A DNA stretch of 64,000 nucleotides, from assembly GCA_963805085.1 (NCBI GenBank), contig CAWDTA010000004.1, forward strand, positions 32,001 to 96,000. Reading direction: 5' to 3'. The translations under genes were made by a program, and so were the position numbers. The number at the start of each line of letters is the position of its first letter. The first letter of the stretch is position 1. Under the pieces are notes generated by a model. The model made no database searches. It was given only the letters and a program-made list of their open reading frames with translations, and was not told where the DNA came from. Source of the DNA: an uncultured Veillonellaceae bacterium (GTDB lineage Bacteria; Bacillota; Negativicutes; JARBTT01). Below are positions 29,285-41,955 of this stretch, piece by piece.

Positions 29285-29623
29285 TTACACTAATTCAATA
29301 ATTGCCATCGGCGCAGCATCGCCACGACGAGGACCAAGTTTAAGTACACGAGTGTAACCACCTTGGCGTTCGCTGTACTTAGGTGCTATTGTATCAAATA
29401 GTTTTCTAGCTACTTCTTCATCCATAAGACGCGCAATTACTTGACGGCGAGCATGTAAGTCGCCACGTTTAGCTAAAGTAATTAATTGATCAGCAAGACC
29501 GCTAATTTCTTTTGCTTTCGCTTCAGTAGTTTCAATGCGTTCATATTGGAAAAAGGAAGTTAGAATACTACGAAATAATGCTTTACGTGCACTTGAGTCA
29601 CGTCCTAATTTTCTGTAGCCCAT
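29285..29623 (-). CDS. rplQ: 50S ribosomal protein L17
   Basis: [14 protein letters not shown]. Confidence 0.99.
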   Translation of the reverse strand: MGYRKLGRDSSARKALFRSILTSFFQYERIETTEAKAKEISGLADQLITLAKRGDLHARRQVIARLMDEEVARKLFDTIAPKYSERQGGYTRVLKLGPRRGDAAPMAIIELV

Positions 29624-29637
29624 ACTCTTCGATTCTC

Positions 29638-30597
29638 CTACTCTTCAAATTCGATAAGTGTTAAATCTAGTTCTTGTAGTTTCTTTTTCACTTCTTCAAG
29701 AGACTTGCGACCAAGATTTCTCACTTTCATCATGTCGTCTTCACTTTTTTGAGCTAACTCTGCAACAGTGTTGATACCAGCTCTCTTTAAGCAATTATAA
29801 GAACGAACAGATAAATCTAAATCCTCAATAGTCATTTCTAATGTTTTAGAAACACCATTATCAGGAGCTTCAGTAAATGTTCTTTCAGCTTCATCGTCTT
29901 CCGGAGGAGCTCCGGCCATGTTCTGGAATAGTCTAAGATGAGCAATCATAATACTTGCAGACTTACTAACTGCTTCTTCCGGTCTTATACTACCATCAGT
30001 CCATACTTCCAGAGTTAATTTGTCGTAATCAGTGACGTTACCTACACGAGTATCAGTAACAGCATAGTTAACTCTCTGGATTGGCGAGAAAATGGAATCA
30101 ATAGGAATAATACCGATCACATGATCAGGTTTCTTATTCTTATCAGCAGGAATATACCCACGGCCACGTTCAACGGTAAGTTCCATTTTTAATGAACCGC
30201 TAGCATCTACTGTTGCCAAATGTAATTCAGGGTTTAGTATCTCAACATCTGGATCAGTGATAATATCACCAGCTGTTATAGTTTTTTCACCAGTTACTTC
30301 CACTCTGATTACTTTTGCTTCTTCACTATGCATTTTTAAGCAAAGTGATTTTAGATTTAAAATGATATTAGTAACGTCTTCCCGAACACCTGGAATCGTA
30401 GAAAATTCATGAAGCACACCTTCAATCCTTACGGATGTAACGGCTGCACCTTGCAAAGATGATAATAAAATGCGGCGCAAGCTGTTACCAAAAGTAGTGC
30501 CATACCCACGTTCTAAAGGCTCGCAGACAAATTTGCCATAACGACTATCTTCACTAATTTCCACTATCTCAATCTTCGGTTTTTCGATTTCGATCAT
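29638..30597 (-). CDS. rpoA: RNA polymerase alpha subunit
   Basis: [19 protein letters not shown]. Confidence 0.99.
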   Translation of the reverse strand: MIEIEKPKIEIVEISEDSRYGKFVCEPLERGYGTTFGNSLRRILLSSLQGAAVTSVRIEGVLHEFSTIPGVREDVTNIILNLKSLCLKMHSEEAKVIRVEVTGEKTITAGDIITDPDVEILNPELHLATVDASGSLKMELTVERGRGYIPADKNKKPDHVIGIIPIDSIFSPIQRVNYAVTDTRVGNVTDYDKLTLEVWTDGSIRPEEAVSKSASIMIAHLRLFQNMAGAPPEDDEAERTFTEAPDNGVSKTLEMTIEDLDLSVRSYNCLKRAGINTVAELAQKSEDDMMKVRNLGRKSLEEVKKKLQELDLTLIEFEE

Positions 30598-30660
30598 CTG
30601 GAATAACCCTCCTCATTTATGCGCAATACCACGTTACGCCATACCCACGGCGAGGGTACA

Positions 30661-31254
30661 TTATCTGGAGTACAATTCAACGATCATTTGTTCTTCAACA
30701 GGTACATCAATTTCATCACGATTAGGGAATCTTGTAACTGTACCACTCAAGTTTTGAGCATCGACAGTAATCCAAGCCGGTGTACTTAATGAATCAAATG
30801 ATTCTGCCACGCCTTTAAAGAATTCATTTGAAACGCTATTTTCTTTAATAGAAATAACGTCGCCAGCTTTTACTAAAGCTGAAGGAATATCAAGACGTTT
30901 GCCGTTAACAAGGATATGACCATGGGAAACAAGTTGACGAGATTGTCTACGAGTAGAAGCTAAGCCTAAACGATAAACAACATTATCAAGTCTTCTTTCA
31001 AGAATTACTAGTAAATTTTCACCAGTAACGCCAGGCATTTTTTTAGCCTTGTCATAATAAGATCTAAATGGTTTTTCTAAAACACCATATATAAACTTTG
31101 CTTTTTGCTTTTCTCTAAGTTGGATTCCGTATTCACTCATTTTTTTGCCAGCTCGTTTAGGTTGACGTTTGGAAGATTTACTCAAACCTACAACAGCTGG
31201 TTCAATGCCAAGTGCTCTGCATCTTTTTAGAGCAGGAACTCTATCAATTGCCAT
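30661..31254 (-). CDS. rpsD: 30S ribosomal protein S4
   Basis: SEYGIQLREKQK, LERRLDNVVYR. Confidence 0.99.
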   Translation of the reverse strand: MAIDRVPALKRCRALGIEPAVVGLSKSSKRQPKRAGKKMSEYGIQLREKQKAKFIYGVLEKPFRSYYDKAKKMPGVTGENLLVILERRLDNVVYRLGLASTRRQSRQLVSHGHILVNGKRLDIPSALVKAGDVISIKENSVSNEFFKGVAESFDSLSTPAWITVDAQNLSGTVTRFPNRDEIDVPVEEQMIVELYSR

Positions 31255-31272
31255 CTATATTTGCACCTCCTA

Positions 31273-31665
31273 TTAAACTCTTCTACGTTTTGGTGGGCGA
31301 CATCCGTTATGAGGGATTGGAGTTACATCTTTAATTAAATTAACTTCCAAACCAGTCGCTTGTAATGATCTGATTGCCGCTTCACGACCTGATCCAGGAC
31401 CTTTTACAAATACTTCTACTTGTTTAAGACCATGTTCCATAGCTGCTTTTGCTGCAACTTCAGCTGCCATTTGAGCTGCGAATGGAGTGCTTTTACGTGA
31501 CCCTCTAAAACCAAGACCACCTGCACTAGCCCATGATAATGCATTACCATTTGTATCGGTAATTGTTACGATTGTATTGTTAAAAGTAGAACGGATATGA
31601 GCAATACCATGCTCAATATTTTTACGTTCTCTTCTTTTTGGTCTAGCTACTTTTTTAGCTACCAA
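31273..31665 (-). CDS. rpsK: 30S ribosomal protein S11
   Basis: STFNNT, PHNGCRP. Confidence 0.99.
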   Translation of the reverse strand: MVAKKVARPKRRERKNIEHGIAHIRSTFNNTIVTITDTNGNALSWASAGGLGFRGSRKSTPFAAQMAAEVAAKAAMEHGLKQVEVFVKGPGSGREAAIRSLQATGLEVNLIKDVTPIPHNGCRPPKRRRV

Positions 31666-31679
31666 TGCTTAACCCTCCC

Positions 31680-32057
31680 TTACTTAACTAATTTCTTTTT
31701 GCCACCAACAGCTCTTTTTGGACCTTTACGAGTACGAGCGTTAGTCTTAGTTTTTTGACCTCTAACTGGTAGACCCATACGATGTCTTCTACCACGGTAG
31801 CAGCCAATTTCAACTAAGCGTTTAATATTTAGAGATACTTCACGACGTAAGTCGCCTTCTACTCTATAGTTTTTATCAATAGCCTCACGAAGTTTTGCAA
31901 CTTCTTCTTCAGTTAAATCGCGAGTACGAGTATCAGGACTGATACCAGTAGCTGCTAAAATAGCTTGGGAAGTAGTAAGACCAATACCAAAGATGTATGT
32001 TAAAGAAATCTCAACTCTCTTATCGCGAGGTAAATCTACTCCGGCAATACGTGCCAT
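31680..32057 (-). CDS. rpsM: 30S ribosomal protein S13
   Basis: [20 protein letters not shown]. Confidence 0.99.
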   Translation of the reverse strand: MARIAGVDLPRDKRVEISLTYIFGIGLTTSQAILAATGISPDTRTRDLTEEEVAKLREAIDKNYRVEGDLRREVSLNIKRLVEIGCYRGRRHRMGLPVRGQKTKTNARTRKGPKRAVGGKKKLVK

Positions 32058-32079
32058 ATATTCAGCACCTCCTTCTTAA

Positions 32080-32196
<117 letters not shown>

Positions 32197-32262
32197 CTAA
32201 TGCCCCCTTTTCTTACATTGTCAATTCATTTGTCTGAAGCCGAACCTCAGCCAGCAAAAAGA

Positions 32263-32481
32263 CTATTTGAAACGGTAGGTTATACGGCCACGTTTTAAAT
32301 CATATGGCGTAAGTTCAATAGTAACTTTATCACCAGGTAGGATACGAATGAAATTCATACGAATTTTACCTGAAACATGTGCCAATACAACATGACCATT
32401 TTCTAATTCTACTTGAAACATTGCATTAGGCAATGCTTCAAGAACTGTACCTTCAACCTCAATTACGTCTTGTTTGGACAT
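32263..32481 (-). CDS. infA: Translation initiation factor IF-1
   Basis: [14 protein letters not shown]. Confidence 0.99.
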   Translation of the reverse strand: MSKQDVIEVEGTVLEALPNAMFQVELENGHVVLAHVSGKIRMNFIRILPGDKVTIELTPYDLKRGRITYRFK

Positions 32482-32513
32482 GAGATTTCTCCTCCTCGTC
32501 CGCTTGTCACAAA

Positions 32514-32789
32514 TTATCTGGGTTGCAAATTTGCGATAGCGTGGCGAATATCTTCATCCGTAACCTTTCGGCTACTAATGAGGCTATCTGCCACAGCTTT
32601 TGAAATCCGCTCGTAAACTTTGACATGCCGAATGTTTTTCTTTTTTGGCTTAATAATAGAACGCTCTCTTCCATCAGACAAAAAAACATTTCTACCATTT
32701 ATTCCAACGACCAAGTAAATAGTTTCAGCATCACGACCTGTAATACTTTCAACAACCTGACCTACTGAAATGGTTTGAACTAGTGACAC
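32514..32789 (-). CDS. KOW-domain RNA-binding protein (L14e-like)
   Basis: [22 protein letters not shown]; usual position between map and infA. Confidence 0.85.
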   Translation of the reverse strand: MSLVQTISVGQVVESITGRDAETIYLVVGINGRNVFLSDGRERSIIKPKKKNIRHVKVYERISKAVADSLISSRKVTDEDIRHAIANLQPR

Positions 32790-32801
32790 TGAGGTTCCCC
32801 C

Positions 32802-33548
32802 TTAGCATTTTGTTAAAATTTCTGGCTTATCATCAACAATTGCAATGGTATGCTCGAAATGTGCCGAAGGTTTTCGATCCTTAGTAATAACTGTCCAATC
32901 ATCACCTAATGTCTTCACTTCGTGGGTTCCTAGATTTATCATCGGCTCTATCGCTAATGTCATACCAGATTTTAATCGTGGGCCGCGACCAGCCGAACCG
33001 TAATTCGGAATCTGAGGATCTTCATGCATTTTTCTGCCAATGCCATGCCCAACATAGTCACGTACTATTCCGTAACTATACTTTTCTGCAAAGGTTTGAA
33101 CAGCATTAGATATATCTCCGAGACGATTACCCGCTATTGCTTTTTCAATACCTTTGTATAGAGATTGTTCGGTAACATCAAGAAGTTGTTGCATTTCTAC
33201 GCTGACCTCTCCAACAGAAAAGGTCTTCGCAGAATCGCCATTAAATCCATTTATTACCGCACCTATATCAGTACTGACATTATCTCCATTTTTTAACTTT
33301 TTTAAACTAGGTATTCCATGAACAACTTCTTCATTAATAGAAGTACAGATGCTCGCTGGAAAACCACCATAGCCTTTAAAAGCTGGAATTGCACCACAAC
33401 TTCGTATATATTTCTCGGCAATTTTATCAAGCTCGAGTGTACTAACTCCCGGCTTAACAGCGTTTTTAACTTCAACCAGCGTATCCGCCACTATCTTCCC
33501 GGCATCTCGCATGTAATCGATTTCTCGATCAGACTTTAGGATGATCAT
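32802..33548 (-). CDS. map: Methionine aminopeptidase
   Basis: [18 protein letters not shown]. Confidence 0.98.
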   Translation of the reverse strand: MIILKSDREIDYMRDAGKIVADTLVEVKNAVKPGVSTLELDKIAEKYIRSCGAIPAFKGYGGFPASICTSINEEVVHGIPSLKKLKNGDNVSTDIGAVINGFNGDSAKTFSVGEVSVEMQQLLDVTEQSLYKGIEKAIAGNRLGDISNAVQTFAEKYSYGIVRDYVGHGIGRKMHEDPQIPNYGSAGRGPRLKSGMTLAIEPMINLGTHEVKTLGDDWTVITKDRKPSAHFEHTIAIVDDKPEILTKC

Positions 33549-33550
33549 CC

Positions 33551-34198
33551 TTATTGGCCCCTCAAGCTAGCAACAACATCGGCAAGTACTTTATCAATAG
33601 ACTGTTTGCCATCAATTTCAGTATATAAACCGTTATCTTGATAGTATTGAATGAGCGGCTTTGTCTGTGAAGAATACACTGTAAGACGTTTTGTCATGGT
33701 AGCTTCGCTATCATCATCTCGCTGGTATGTCTCACCGCTACATTTATCGCATATACCTTCTTTTGCAGTTGGATTGTAAGCTACATGATACGTAGCTCCA
33801 CACCCTCTACAAATCCGGCGACCAGTTGCACGGCTGATTAAATCCTCAGCCGGTACACTGATATTTACTACGCGATCAAGTTTTATTTGTAATTCACCTA
33901 GCGTAGCATCAAGAGCATTTGCTTGCTCAAGGGTACGAGGAAAACCATCTAAAATAAAACCTTTTTTACAATCTGGCTTAGCCAAACGTTCTTTTACAAT
34001 ACCGATTGTTACACTGTCTGGAACCAATTGTCCCGCATCCATACATGCTTTTGCTTGTTTACCAAGTTCGGTTCCCTCTTTTACAGCAGCACGGAACATA
34101 TCTCCTGTAGAAATATGTGGAATACCAAACTTATCCACTAGCATTGCCGCTTGTGTGCCTTTACCAGCACCAGGCGGTCCCATTAATAGGATATACAT
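33551..34198 (-). CDS. adk: Adenylate kinase
   Basis: [16 protein letters not shown]. Confidence 0.99.
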   Translation of the reverse strand: MYILLMGPPGAGKGTQAAMLVDKFGIPHISTGDMFRAAVKEGTELGKQAKACMDAGQLVPDSVTIGIVKERLAKPDCKKGFILDGFPRTLEQANALDATLGELQIKLDRVVNISVPAEDLISRATGRRICRGCGATYHVAYNPTAKEGICDKCSGETYQRDDDSEATMTKRLTVYSSQTKPLIQYYQDNGLYTEIDGKQSIDKVLADVVASLRGQ

Positions 34199-34214
34199 CT
34201 AAAATTCCTCCCCC

Positions 34215-35471
34215 CTACTTCATGAACCCTTGGTAATGGCGCATTAAGACCATCGCTTCAATCTGCTTCATAGTATCAAGAGCCACACCAACTATAATAA
34301 GTAGGGCAGTACCACCAAAATTCACACCTTGAATATTGGTTGCTGTTGCAACAACATTAGGCAGTATGGCGATAAAAGCAAGAAATATTGATCCAGCAAG
34401 AGTAATTCTGGTCATAACGCGGTCTAAATAATCTGCCGTTGGTTTGCCAGGACGTAATCCCGGAATAAAACCACCGTATTTTTTCAGATTCTCTGCCATA
34501 TCCGATATCTTTACAGTAACCGCAGTATAAAAATATGTGAAGAATACAATCATCAACGCATAAATCGCTGTCTGAAGTGGAGTTCCCCACGCAAAATATC
34601 CCGCAATCGTCTTTACCCATGGTACATCAATAAATTGGGCAATAGTTACTGGAAACATCAGCACGGATGACGCAAAGATTATTGGAATAACACCCGCTTG
34701 ATTAACTTTAAGCGGAATGTGTGTGGAGTGACCACCATACATTTTGCGGCCAACTACACGTTTTGCATACTGAACTGGAATACGACGTTGCCCTTCTTGT
34801 ATCGCAATTACGAGTACAACCATAGCAACAGCGATAATTGCAAAGAATGCAACATTGAAAACACTAACCGTACCTGCTTGCAAGTACTTATAAATCGTAC
34901 CAATACCTTTTGGTAAACTAGCAACGATACCAGCAAAGATAATCAGTGAAATACCATTACCAATGCCTTGTGCCGTAATTTGCTCACCTAACCACATCAA
35001 AAATGTAGTACCAGCTGTTAAGGTAATTGCAATCAATAGTATTGACTCAACACCTGGATTTATAATAGCAGCTTTTAGACCATATGCCATGCCAAGAGCT
35101 TGGATAAAGGCTAAAACCACTGTAGAGTATCGCGTAATCTGGGTGATTTTCTTGCGCCCTTCTTCGCCTTCTTTAGACCATTGTTCAAACTTCGGTACCA
35201 CAACTGTTAAGAGCTGCATAATGATCGAAGCATTGATATATGGGGTAATACTCATTGCAAACACTGAGAATTTACTTAAAGCACCACCGGAAAATAAATC
35301 CATAAGGCCAAAAAGGTTACCACTCGTGAACAATTGTTCAATCACATTAGCATTTACACCTGGAACAGGAATATGAGTTCCTAATCGAAAGATAGCAAAC
35401 ATTACTAATGTAAAAACAATTTTTTGTCTGAGCTCAGTTATCTTGAGTATATTTGCAAGGGCCGAAAACAC
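34215..35471 (-). CDS. secY: Preprotein translocase SecY
   Basis: PYINASII, GIGNGISL, PGLRPG. Confidence 0.99.
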   Translation of the reverse strand: MFSALANILKITELRQKIVFTLVMFAIFRLGTHIPVPGVNANVIEQLFTSGNLFGLMDLFSGGALSKFSVFAMSITPYINASIIMQLLTVVVPKFEQWSKEGEEGRKKITQITRYSTVVLAFIQALGMAYGLKAAIINPGVESILLIAITLTAGTTFLMWLGEQITAQGIGNGISLIIFAGIVASLPKGIGTIYKYLQAGTVSVFNVAFFAIIAVAMVVLVIAIQEGQRRIPVQYAKRVVGRKMYGGHSTHIPLKVNQAGVIPIIFASSVLMFPVTIAQFIDVPWVKTIAGYFAWGTPLQTAIYALMIVFFTYFYTAVTVKISDMAENLKKYGGFIPGLRPGKPTADYLDRVMTRITLAGSIFLAFIAILPNVVATATNIQGVNFGGTALLIIVGVALDTMKQIEAMVLMRHYQGFMK

Positions 35472-35472
35472 C

Positions 35473-35913
35473 TTAGATCACCTCGACTTTTCCGCCAGCC
35501 GCTGTAATTTTAGCTTCCGCGGATTTTGTAAAGCCGTTAGCGATTACAGTTAATTTCTTCGTAATTTCGCCGTTGCCTAAAATACGTACACCATCATGCA
35601 CATTTTTAAGAACGCCAGCTTCGATTAAAGCAACAGGATCAACTGTTGAACCATCTTCGAAACGATTTAATGTTTCTACGTTCACTTCAGCATATTCGCT
35701 ACCAAATACATTAAAGAATCCACGTTTTGGTAATCTACGATAAAGAGGCATTTGACCGCCTTCAAAACCAGTACGAACACCACCGCCGGAACGAGAATTT
35801 TGACCTTTATGACCTCTACCGGATGTTTTACCTAGACCAGAACCAAGTCCGCGACCAACACGGGTACGTACTTTTTTAGATCCAGCTGCCGGAGCTAATT
35901 CATGTAATTTCAT
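35473..35913 (-). CDS. rplO: 50S ribosomal protein L15
   Basis: GFEGGQMP. Confidence 0.99.
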   Translation of the reverse strand: MKLHELAPAAGSKKVRTRVGRGLGSGLGKTSGRGHKGQNSRSGGGVRTGFEGGQMPLYRRLPKRGFFNVFGSEYAEVNVETLNRFEDGSTVDPVALIEAGVLKNVHDGVRILGNGEITKKLTVIANGFTKSAEAKITAAGGKVEVI

Positions 35914-35931
35914 ACAAGCACCTCCTTGAAC

Positions 35932-36117
35932 TTAGTCTTGCAATTCTTCAACTGTAACAAGATGTTCAACTTTGTGAACCATGCCGCGAATAGCCGCAGT
36001 ATCTTCTTGTTCGACTGACGAATTTAATTTGTGTAATCCTAAAGCCTTAACAGTAGCTCTTTGATTTTCAGGTCTTCCTATCAAGCTTCTGGTAAGAGTG
36101 ATTTTTAATTTTGCCAT
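35932..36117 (-). CDS. rpmD: 50S ribosomal protein L30
   Basis: [10 protein letters not shown]; spc operon order. Confidence 0.98.
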   Translation of the reverse strand: MAKLKITLTRSLIGRPENQRATVKALGLHKLNSSVEQEDTAAIRGMVHKVEHLVTVEELQD

Positions 36118-36129
36118 CAAAATGCCTCC

Positions 36130-36630
36130 TTAACCCAAAAGTTCTTGAACAGTTTTACCACGAAGTTCAGCCACTAATTCAGCTTTTTTAAGTTGATCTA
36201 AACCTTTTAATGTAGCACGAACCATATTATTAGGGTTAGATGAACCAAGTGATTTTGTTAAGATGTCATGAATACCAGCAAGTTCAAGCACAGCACGTGC
36301 AGGACCACCAGCGATAACACCAGTACCTTTTCCAGCAGGTTTTAATAATACACGACCTGCGCCAAATACACCAATAATTTGATGAGGAATTGTTTTTCCT
36401 ACTAATGAAACATTAATAAGATTTTTCTTAGCATCTTCAATGCCTTTTCTGATTGCTTCAGGAACTTCACCAGCTTTACCTAAACCGGCACCAACGTGAC
36501 CGTTTCCATCACCAACAACAACAAGTGCGCTGAATGAAAAACGACGTCCACCTTTAACAACTTTAGCAACTCTGTTAATATAAACAACTTTCTCTTGTAA
36601 CTCAAGAGCAGTATAGTCGATTCTGGCCAT
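36130..36630 (-). CDS. rpsE: 30S ribosomal protein S5
   Basis: [10 protein letters not shown]. Confidence 0.99.
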   Translation of the reverse strand: MARIDYTALELQEKVVYINRVAKVVKGGRRFSFSALVVVGDGNGHVGAGLGKAGEVPEAIRKGIEDAKKNLINVSLVGKTIPHQIIGVFGAGRVLLKPAGKGTGVIAGGPARAVLELAGIHDILTKSLGSSNPNNMVRATLKGLDQLKKAELVAELRGKTVQELLG

Positions 36631-36654
36631 TAATTTACCTCCTTTTCCAAAAAA

Positions 36655-37014
36655 CTAGAATTTAAGACCCGCTTCGCGAGCTGCTTCAGCTACTGCAGCT
36701 ACTCTACCATGATAGATATAGCCACCACGATCAAATACTACTTCAGTAATACCTTTTTCTACAGCACGTTTTGCAACTGCTGCGCCAACTGCTTTTGCAG
36801 CTTCGATATTACCACCATAAATAGTAAAGTCTTTATCTTTTGAACTTGCTGCAACTAAGGTTACACCATTTACGTCATCAATGATTTGTGCATAAATATT
36901 GCTTAAGCTACGAAACACGTTTAAACGCGGTTTTTGAGCTGTACCAGAAATATTTTTACGAACTCTTAAGTGACGTTTTTGACGACCTTTGTTTTTATCT
37001 GCTTTAAGAAGCAA
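36655..37014 (-). CDS. rplR: 50S ribosomal protein L18
   Basis: [12 protein letters not shown]; TTG start after AAAGGAG. Confidence 0.98.
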   Translation of the reverse strand: MLLKADKNKGRQKRHLRVRKNISGTAQKPRLNVFRSLSNIYAQIIDDVNGVTLVAASSKDKDFTIYGGNIEAAKAVGAAVAKRAVEKGITEVVFDRGGYIYHGRVAAVAEAAREAGLKF

Positions 37015-37039
37015 GTTAGTCACTCCTTTCACTTAAAGA

Positions 37040-37591
37040 TTACTTCTTGCCTTTACCGCCGGCTTTACCAACTTTACGACGAACAACTTCGCCTTCATAT
37101 TTAATCCCTTTACCTTTGTAAGGTTCTGGTTCTCTATATCCACGAATATTAGCTGCAATAGCGCCAACTTCTTCTTTATTAATGCCCAAAACAATAATTT
37201 TGTTTGGAGCTGGAACTTCTAGAGTAATACCTTTAGGTGGTTCCACTACTACAGGATGGGAGAAACCAAGAGATAAGTTAACGTTTTGTCCAGCTTTTGC
37301 TGCTCTATAACCAACACCGTTGATTTCAAGAGTTTTGCTGAAGCCTACAGTAACACCAATAACCATATTGGAAACTAATGTGCGAGTTAAACCATGTAAT
37401 GATCTATGCTCTTTAACATCTGAAGGACGTTTTACTGTAATAACGTTTTCTTCGATTTCAATTATCATGTCTTTATGCAAAGTACGAGTAAGTTCGCCTT
37501 TAGGACCTTTTACTGTCACCGTATTATCTTCTGCTATTGTAACTGTTACACCAGCAGGAATTGTAATAGGTGCTCTACCAATTCTTGACAT
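37040..37591 (-). CDS. rplF: 50S ribosomal protein L6
   Basis: [13 protein letters not shown]. Confidence 0.99.
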   Translation of the reverse strand: MSRIGRAPITIPAGVTVTIAEDNTVTVKGPKGELTRTLHKDMIIEIEENVITVKRPSDVKEHRSLHGLTRTLVSNMVIGVTVGFSKTLEINGVGYRAAKAGQNVNLSLGFSHPVVVEPPKGITLEVPAPNKIIVLGINKEEVGAIAANIRGYREPEPYKGKGIKYEGEVVRRKVGKAGGKGKK

Positions 37592-37620
37592 CCATACACC
37601 TCCTAGCTACAAAAAATATA

Positions 37621-38019
37621 TTACCAAACGTAAGCGATTACTTCTCCACCAAGACCATTACGACGAGCTTGTTTGTCACTCATAATGCCTTTTGAAGTGG
37701 AAACAATAGCGATACCAAGACCACCAAGTACACGAGGTAATTGTTCGCTTTTAGCATATACACGTAAACCAGGTTTGGAAATACGTTTAATGCCTGTGAT
37801 TACTTTTTCGCGGTTAGGACCATATTTAAGGTTCACGCGAATAACGCCTTGTTTGCTGTCAGAAGTAAAGTCAAAATCTTTAATGAAACCTTCTTCTTTT
37901 AAAATAACAGCAATTGCTTGTTTAATTTTAGATCCTGGTATTTCTACTTTCTCATGATATACGGAGTTTGCATTACGCAAACGAGTTAGCATATCAGCAA
38001 TTGGATCAGTCATTACCAT
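37621..38019 (-). CDS. rpsH: 30S ribosomal protein S8
   Basis: [18 protein letters not shown]. Confidence 0.99.
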   Translation of the reverse strand: MVMTDPIADMLTRLRNANSVYHEKVEIPGSKIKQAIAVILKEEGFIKDFDFTSDSKQGVIRVNLKYGPNREKVITGIKRISKPGLRVYAKSEQLPRVLGGLGIAIVSTSKGIMSDKQARRNGLGGEVIAYVW

Positions 38020-38045
38020 AGATAGATATCCTCCTTCCGTTAATG

Positions 38046-38231
38046 TTACCAGCTAGCTTTGGTTACCCCAGGGATAGCACCTTTGTAGCTTTGTTCTCTA
38101 AAACAAATACGGCACATTTCGAATTTACGCATGTATCCGTGTGGACGGCCACAAATTTTACATCTATTATATCTACGAACTTCAAATTTCGGTTCGCGAC
38201 CCCATTTTTCAATCATCGCCTTTTTGGCCAC
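38046..38231 (-). CDS. rpsN: 30S ribosomal protein S14 (Zn-binding type)
   Basis: CKICGR..CRIC. Confidence 0.98.
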   Translation of the reverse strand: MAKKAMIEKWGREPKFEVRRYNRCKICGRPHGYMRKFEMCRICFREQSYKGAIPGVTKASW

Positions 38232-38245
38232 AGTAAGTACCTCCT

Positions 38246-38785
38246 TTACGCGCTAAATGGCATTCCCATTAATTTTAGAAGCTCTCTTGCTTCTTCATCT
38301 GTTTTTGCTGTTGTTACAACGATAATATTCATACCACGAATTTTATCAATCTTGTCATATTCAATTTCAGGAAAAATTAATTGCTCTTTAAGACCCATGG
38401 AATAGTTGCCACGTCCATCAAAAGATTTAGCATTAATACCACGGAAATCACGAACACGTGGAAGAGCCACGTTCATAAATTTATCCATGAATTGATACAT
38501 ACGTACGCCACGAAGAGTTACTTTCGCGCCGATTGGCATGCCTTCACGTAATTTCCAAACTGCTAAAGATTTTTTAGCACGGGTTAAGATTGGTTTTTGA
38601 CCAGCGATTAATGTCATATCACTAACTGCTGAATCTAGAACTTTAGGGTTACCTACAGCCTCACCAACACCCATATTAATAATAACTTTGTCAATTTTAG
38701 GTATTTCCATTACGTTTTTATATCCGAACTTTTCAGTTAAAGCTGGAACTACTTCATTAAGATATTTTTCTTTAAGTCTATCCAC
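38246..38785 (-). CDS. rplE: 50S ribosomal protein L5
   Basis: LPRVRDFRG. Confidence 0.99.
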   Translation of the reverse strand: MDRLKEKYLNEVVPALTEKFGYKNVMEIPKIDKVIINMGVGEAVGNPKVLDSAVSDMTLIAGQKPILTRAKKSLAVWKLREGMPIGAKVTLRGVRMYQFMDKFMNVALPRVRDFRGINAKSFDGRGNYSMGLKEQLIFPEIEYDKIDKIRGMNIIVVTTAKTDEEARELLKLMGMPFSA

Positions 38786-38814
38786 TGATAGGCTACCTCC
38801 TTTCGCTTCAAATT

Positions 38815-39141
38815 TTATTTATCAACGATTTCTCCGCACTTTTTGCAAGCACGAACTAATTTACCATTAACATCTTTTTTAGCAATACGAGTTGCTTTTG
38901 AACATGCTGGGCATACAAGCATTACTTTAGCCACATGCATTGGAGCTTCTTTAACCATAATGCCACCTTGCGGAGCACTTTGACTAGGTTTCGTGTGACG
39001 TTTTACTTTGTTAACGCCTTCAACGACAACTTTATCTTTTTTAGGTAATGCTTCAATGATTTGACCTTGTTTGCCTTTATCTTTGCCAGACAATACTAAA
39101 ACTGTATCGCCTTTTTTTACGTGCAATTTGTTTTGTGACAA
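38815..39141 (-). CDS. rplX: 50S ribosomal protein L24
   Basis: KKGDTV..GKDKGK; TTG start 8 nt after AGGAGG. Confidence 0.98.
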   Translation of the reverse strand: MSQNKLHVKKGDTVLVLSGKDKGKQGQIIEALPKKDKVVVEGVNKVKRHTKPSQSAPQGGIMVKEAPMHVAKVMLVCPACSKATRIAKKDVNGKLVRACKKCGEIVDK

Positions 39142-39158
39142 ATAGGACACCTCCTAAC

Positions 39159-39527
39159 TTAGATTACTTCTGGAGCTAGTGAGACGATTTTCATGAAATC
39201 TTTGTCACGCAACTCTCTAGCTACTGGTCCGAAAATACGAGTACCTCTTGGAGTCTTATCATCTTTAATGACAACGGCAGCGTTTTCATCAAAACGAATA
39301 TAAGAACCATCTGGACGACGTAAACCTTTTTTGGTACGTACAACTACAGCTTTAACAACATCACCTTTTTTAACTACACCGCCAGGTGATGCAGATTTAA
39401 CTGCAGCAACAATTACGTCACCAATGTTAGCGAATTTACGATAAGAACCACCAAGTACACGAATGCACATGATTTCCTTAGCACCAGTGTTATCACCAAC
39501 GTTAAGCATTGTTTGTTGTTGAATCAT
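39159..39527 (-). CDS. rplN: 50S ribosomal protein L14
   Basis: [14 protein letters not shown]. Confidence 0.99.
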   Translation of the reverse strand: MIQQQTMLNVGDNTGAKEIMCIRVLGGSYRKFANIGDVIVAAVKSASPGGVVKKGDVVKAVVVRTKKGLRRPDGSYIRFDENAAVVIKDDKTPRGTRIFGPVARELRDKDFMKIVSLAPEVI

Positions 39528-39588
39528 TGTGTTACCTCCTTCTTGAGATTTTCCAGTTCATTTCAAAGGCGAAATAAGCGAATTTTTA

Positions 39589-39846
39589 TTATTTTGCTCT
39601 TGATAGAACTTCAATAACTCTCCAACGCTTATCTTTAGACAATGGACGAGTTTCCATCATTTCAACAGTATCGCCAATATGTGCGTCATTATTTTCATCA
39701 TGCGCTTTGAATTTAACAGTTTGTTTTACCGCTTTTTTGTATAGTGGATGTTGAACAAGACGTTCAACTGCTACTACAACAGTTTTGTCCATTTTGTCAC
39801 TTACCACTTTACCAACTTTAGTCTTGCGATCATTTCTTTCAGTCAT
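39589..39846 (-). CDS. rpsQ: 30S ribosomal protein S17
   Basis: [16 protein letters not shown]. Confidence 0.99.
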   Translation of the reverse strand: MTERNDRKTKVGKVVSDKMDKTVVVAVERLVQHPLYKKAVKQTVKFKAHDENNDAHIGDTVEMMETRPLSKDKRWRVIEVLSRAK

Positions 39847-39906
39847 GCCTGAATAGCCTCCTTCCGTTGCATATCATTTTTTAGCCGCCAAAAATATTCG
39901 CGTGAA

Positions 39907-40101
39907 TTAAGCTTTTAACTCTTGTTCACGTTGGATTGTTTTAATGCGAGCAATTGTTTTCTTTACATCTTTGATACGCATTGGGTTTTCAAGCTGGCCA
40001 GTAGCAAGTTGAAATCTGAGGTTAAATAGTTCTTCCTTTAGAGAAGCAAGTTTTTGGTTAAGTTCAACTTCATTCATATCACGTATATCATTAACCTTCA
40101 T
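39907..40101 (-). CDS. rpmC: 50S ribosomal protein L29
   Basis: [14 protein letters not shown]. Confidence 0.99.
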   Translation of the reverse strand: MKVNDIRDMNEVELNQKLASLKEELFNLRFQLATGQLENPMRIKDVKKTIARIKTIQREQELKA

Positions 40102-40552
40102 TTACTTCACCGCCCTCTGCTTGCTCTTGAGCCTGTTTTTGAGCTTGTTCACGTGTAACGAATTTTGTTTTAATAGGAAGTTTATGTGCAGCAAGACGCA
40201 TAGCTTCTTTTGCAGTTTCCTCTGTAACGCCATCCATTTCGAACATGATACGACCTGGTTTAACTACTGCTACCCAGTATTCTACTGAACCTTTACCACT
40301 ACCCATACGAGTTTCGGCAGGTTTTGCAGTTACAGGTTTATCTGGGAAAATTTTGATCCAAACTTTACCACCACGTTTGATATAACGAGTCATAGCAATA
40401 CGAGCAGCTTCAATTTGTCTATTGGTAATCCAAGCAGGTTCTAATGCTTGTAAGCCAAATTCACCATGACTTACTGTATTTCCTCTGGTTGCTTTACCTT
40501 TCATACGACCGCGGAACTGTTTGCGGTGTTTTACTCTTTTTGGTAATAACAT
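40091..40552 (-). CDS. rplP: 50S ribosomal protein L16
   Basis: ETRMGSGKG. Confidence 0.99.
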   Translation of the reverse strand: MLLPKRVKHRKQFRGRMKGKATRGNTVSHGEFGLQALEPAWITNRQIEAARIAMTRYIKRGGKVWIKIFPDKPVTAKPAETRMGSGKGSVEYWVAVVKPGRIMFEMDGVTEETAKEAMRLAAHKLPIKTKFVTREQAQKQAQEQAEGGEVNEG

Positions 40553-41223
40553 TATGCTTCGCTCCCTTCGACAGCGGCAGCAACGACTTTTTTCACTTCA
40601 GGTAAAATTTCACCTTTGAAGATCCAAACTTTTACGCCGATAAGGCCGTAAGTAGTGTGAGCCTCAGCAGTACCATAGTCAATGTCAGCTCTTAAAGTAT
40701 GAAGTGGAATACTCCCTTCACGATAAGCTTCACTTCTAGCAATTTCAGCTCCGCCTAAACGACCGCCTACCATTACTTTGATACCTTTAGCACCCATACG
40801 CATTGTACGACCAACCGCTTGTTTCATAGCACGGCGGAACGCAATACGACGTTCTAATTGAGCTGCAATATTTTCAGCTACTAATGTTGAATCTAAATCT
40901 GGTTGCTTAATTTCAGCAATGTTGATATCAACATGTTTAGTAGTTAGTTTTTTCAAACCATTTTTGATTTGTTCGATTCCTGAACCACCACGACCAATAA
41001 CCATACCAGGTTTTGCAGTATGAATCGTCAATTTAAGACGATTTTGACCACGTTCAGTTTCAATTTTAGATACGCCCGCATTGCGAAGTAAAGCTTTCAA
41101 ATACGTACGCACTTTTATATCTTCATGCAAGTTGCTTGCATAGTCTTTATCTGCATACCACTTAGCATCCCACGTTTTAACAACGCCAAGGCGCAAGCCA
41201 TGTGGATTAACTTTTTGACCCAA
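40552..41223 (-). CDS. rpsC: 30S ribosomal protein S3
   Basis: [17 protein letters not shown]. Confidence 0.99.
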   Translation of the reverse strand: MGQKVNPHGLRLGVVKTWDAKWYADKDYASNLHEDIKVRTYLKALLRNAGVSKIETERGQNRLKLTIHTAKPGMVIGRGGSGIEQIKNGLKKLTTKHVDINIAEIKQPDLDSTLVAENIAAQLERRIAFRRAMKQAVGRTMRMGAKGIKVMVGGRLGGAEIARSEAYREGSIPLHTLRADIDYGTAEAHTTYGLIGVKVWIFKGEILPEVKKVVAAAVEGSEA

Positions 41224-41239
41224 TTCGTTTCCCTCCTTT

Positions 41240-41572
41240 TTATCTTTCTTTTACAACAACCGTAACGTGACTTGAACGTTTTAAAATTTTAAACGCTTGC
41301 CCACGAGAACGTGGATGAATACGTTTCAATGTAGGCCCTTGGTCTACATATGCCGCAGCGATATAAAGATTATCAACATTCATATCAAAGTTGTGTTCAG
41401 CATTTGCTACAGCTGATTTCAAAACTTTTTCTATAACATCAGCACCAACTTTTGGTGTGAATTTTAAAATTGCAAACGCTTCTCCGATTTGTTTACCACG
41501 GATTAAATCCATAACTATACGAATTTTACGAGGAGCGACGCGAATGTATTTTGCTACTGATTTAGCTTCCAC
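41240..41572 (-). CDS. rplV: 50S ribosomal protein L22
   Basis: SAVANAEHN. Confidence 0.99.
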   Translation of the reverse strand: MEAKSVAKYIRVAPRKIRIVMDLIRGKQIGEAFAILKFTPKVGADVIEKVLKSAVANAEHNFDMNVDNLYIAAAYVDQGPTLKRIHPRSRGQAFKILKRSSHVTVVVKER

Positions 41573-41596
41573 AGATTAGCCTCCTTTCGGCAAAAA

Positions 41597-41878
41597 CTAC
41601 TTAAGTGATGTACGTCTTTCTTCGCCGGAATGCCCTTTGAAAGTACGAGTCGGCGCGAATTCACCAAGTTTGTGACCTACCATATCTTCAGTTACATAAA
41701 CAGGTACATGTTTACGACCGTCATGCACTGCTATAGTGTGACCAACAAAATTAGGAAGAATAGTTGAACTACGTGACCACGTTTTTATAACTTTTTTCTC
41801 ATTAGTTGCATTCATGGCGTCAATTTTTTTAAGAACGCTTTCATGAACATATGGTCCTTTTTTAATTGATCTTGACAA
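41597..41878 (-). CDS. rpsS: 30S ribosomal protein S19
   Basis: [11 protein letters not shown]. Confidence 0.99.
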   Translation of the reverse strand: MSRSIKKGPYVHESVLKKIDAMNATNEKKVIKTWSRSSTILPNFVGHTIAVHDGRKHVPVYVTEDMVGHKLGEFAPTRTFKGHSGEERRTSLK

Positions 41879-41955
41879 TGATGTATCCTCCTTTCGCCAA
41901 GGCGAGGAACTTAAAATTTCAAGTTTCGCGCCTATATCTTATATCAATCTTTTAA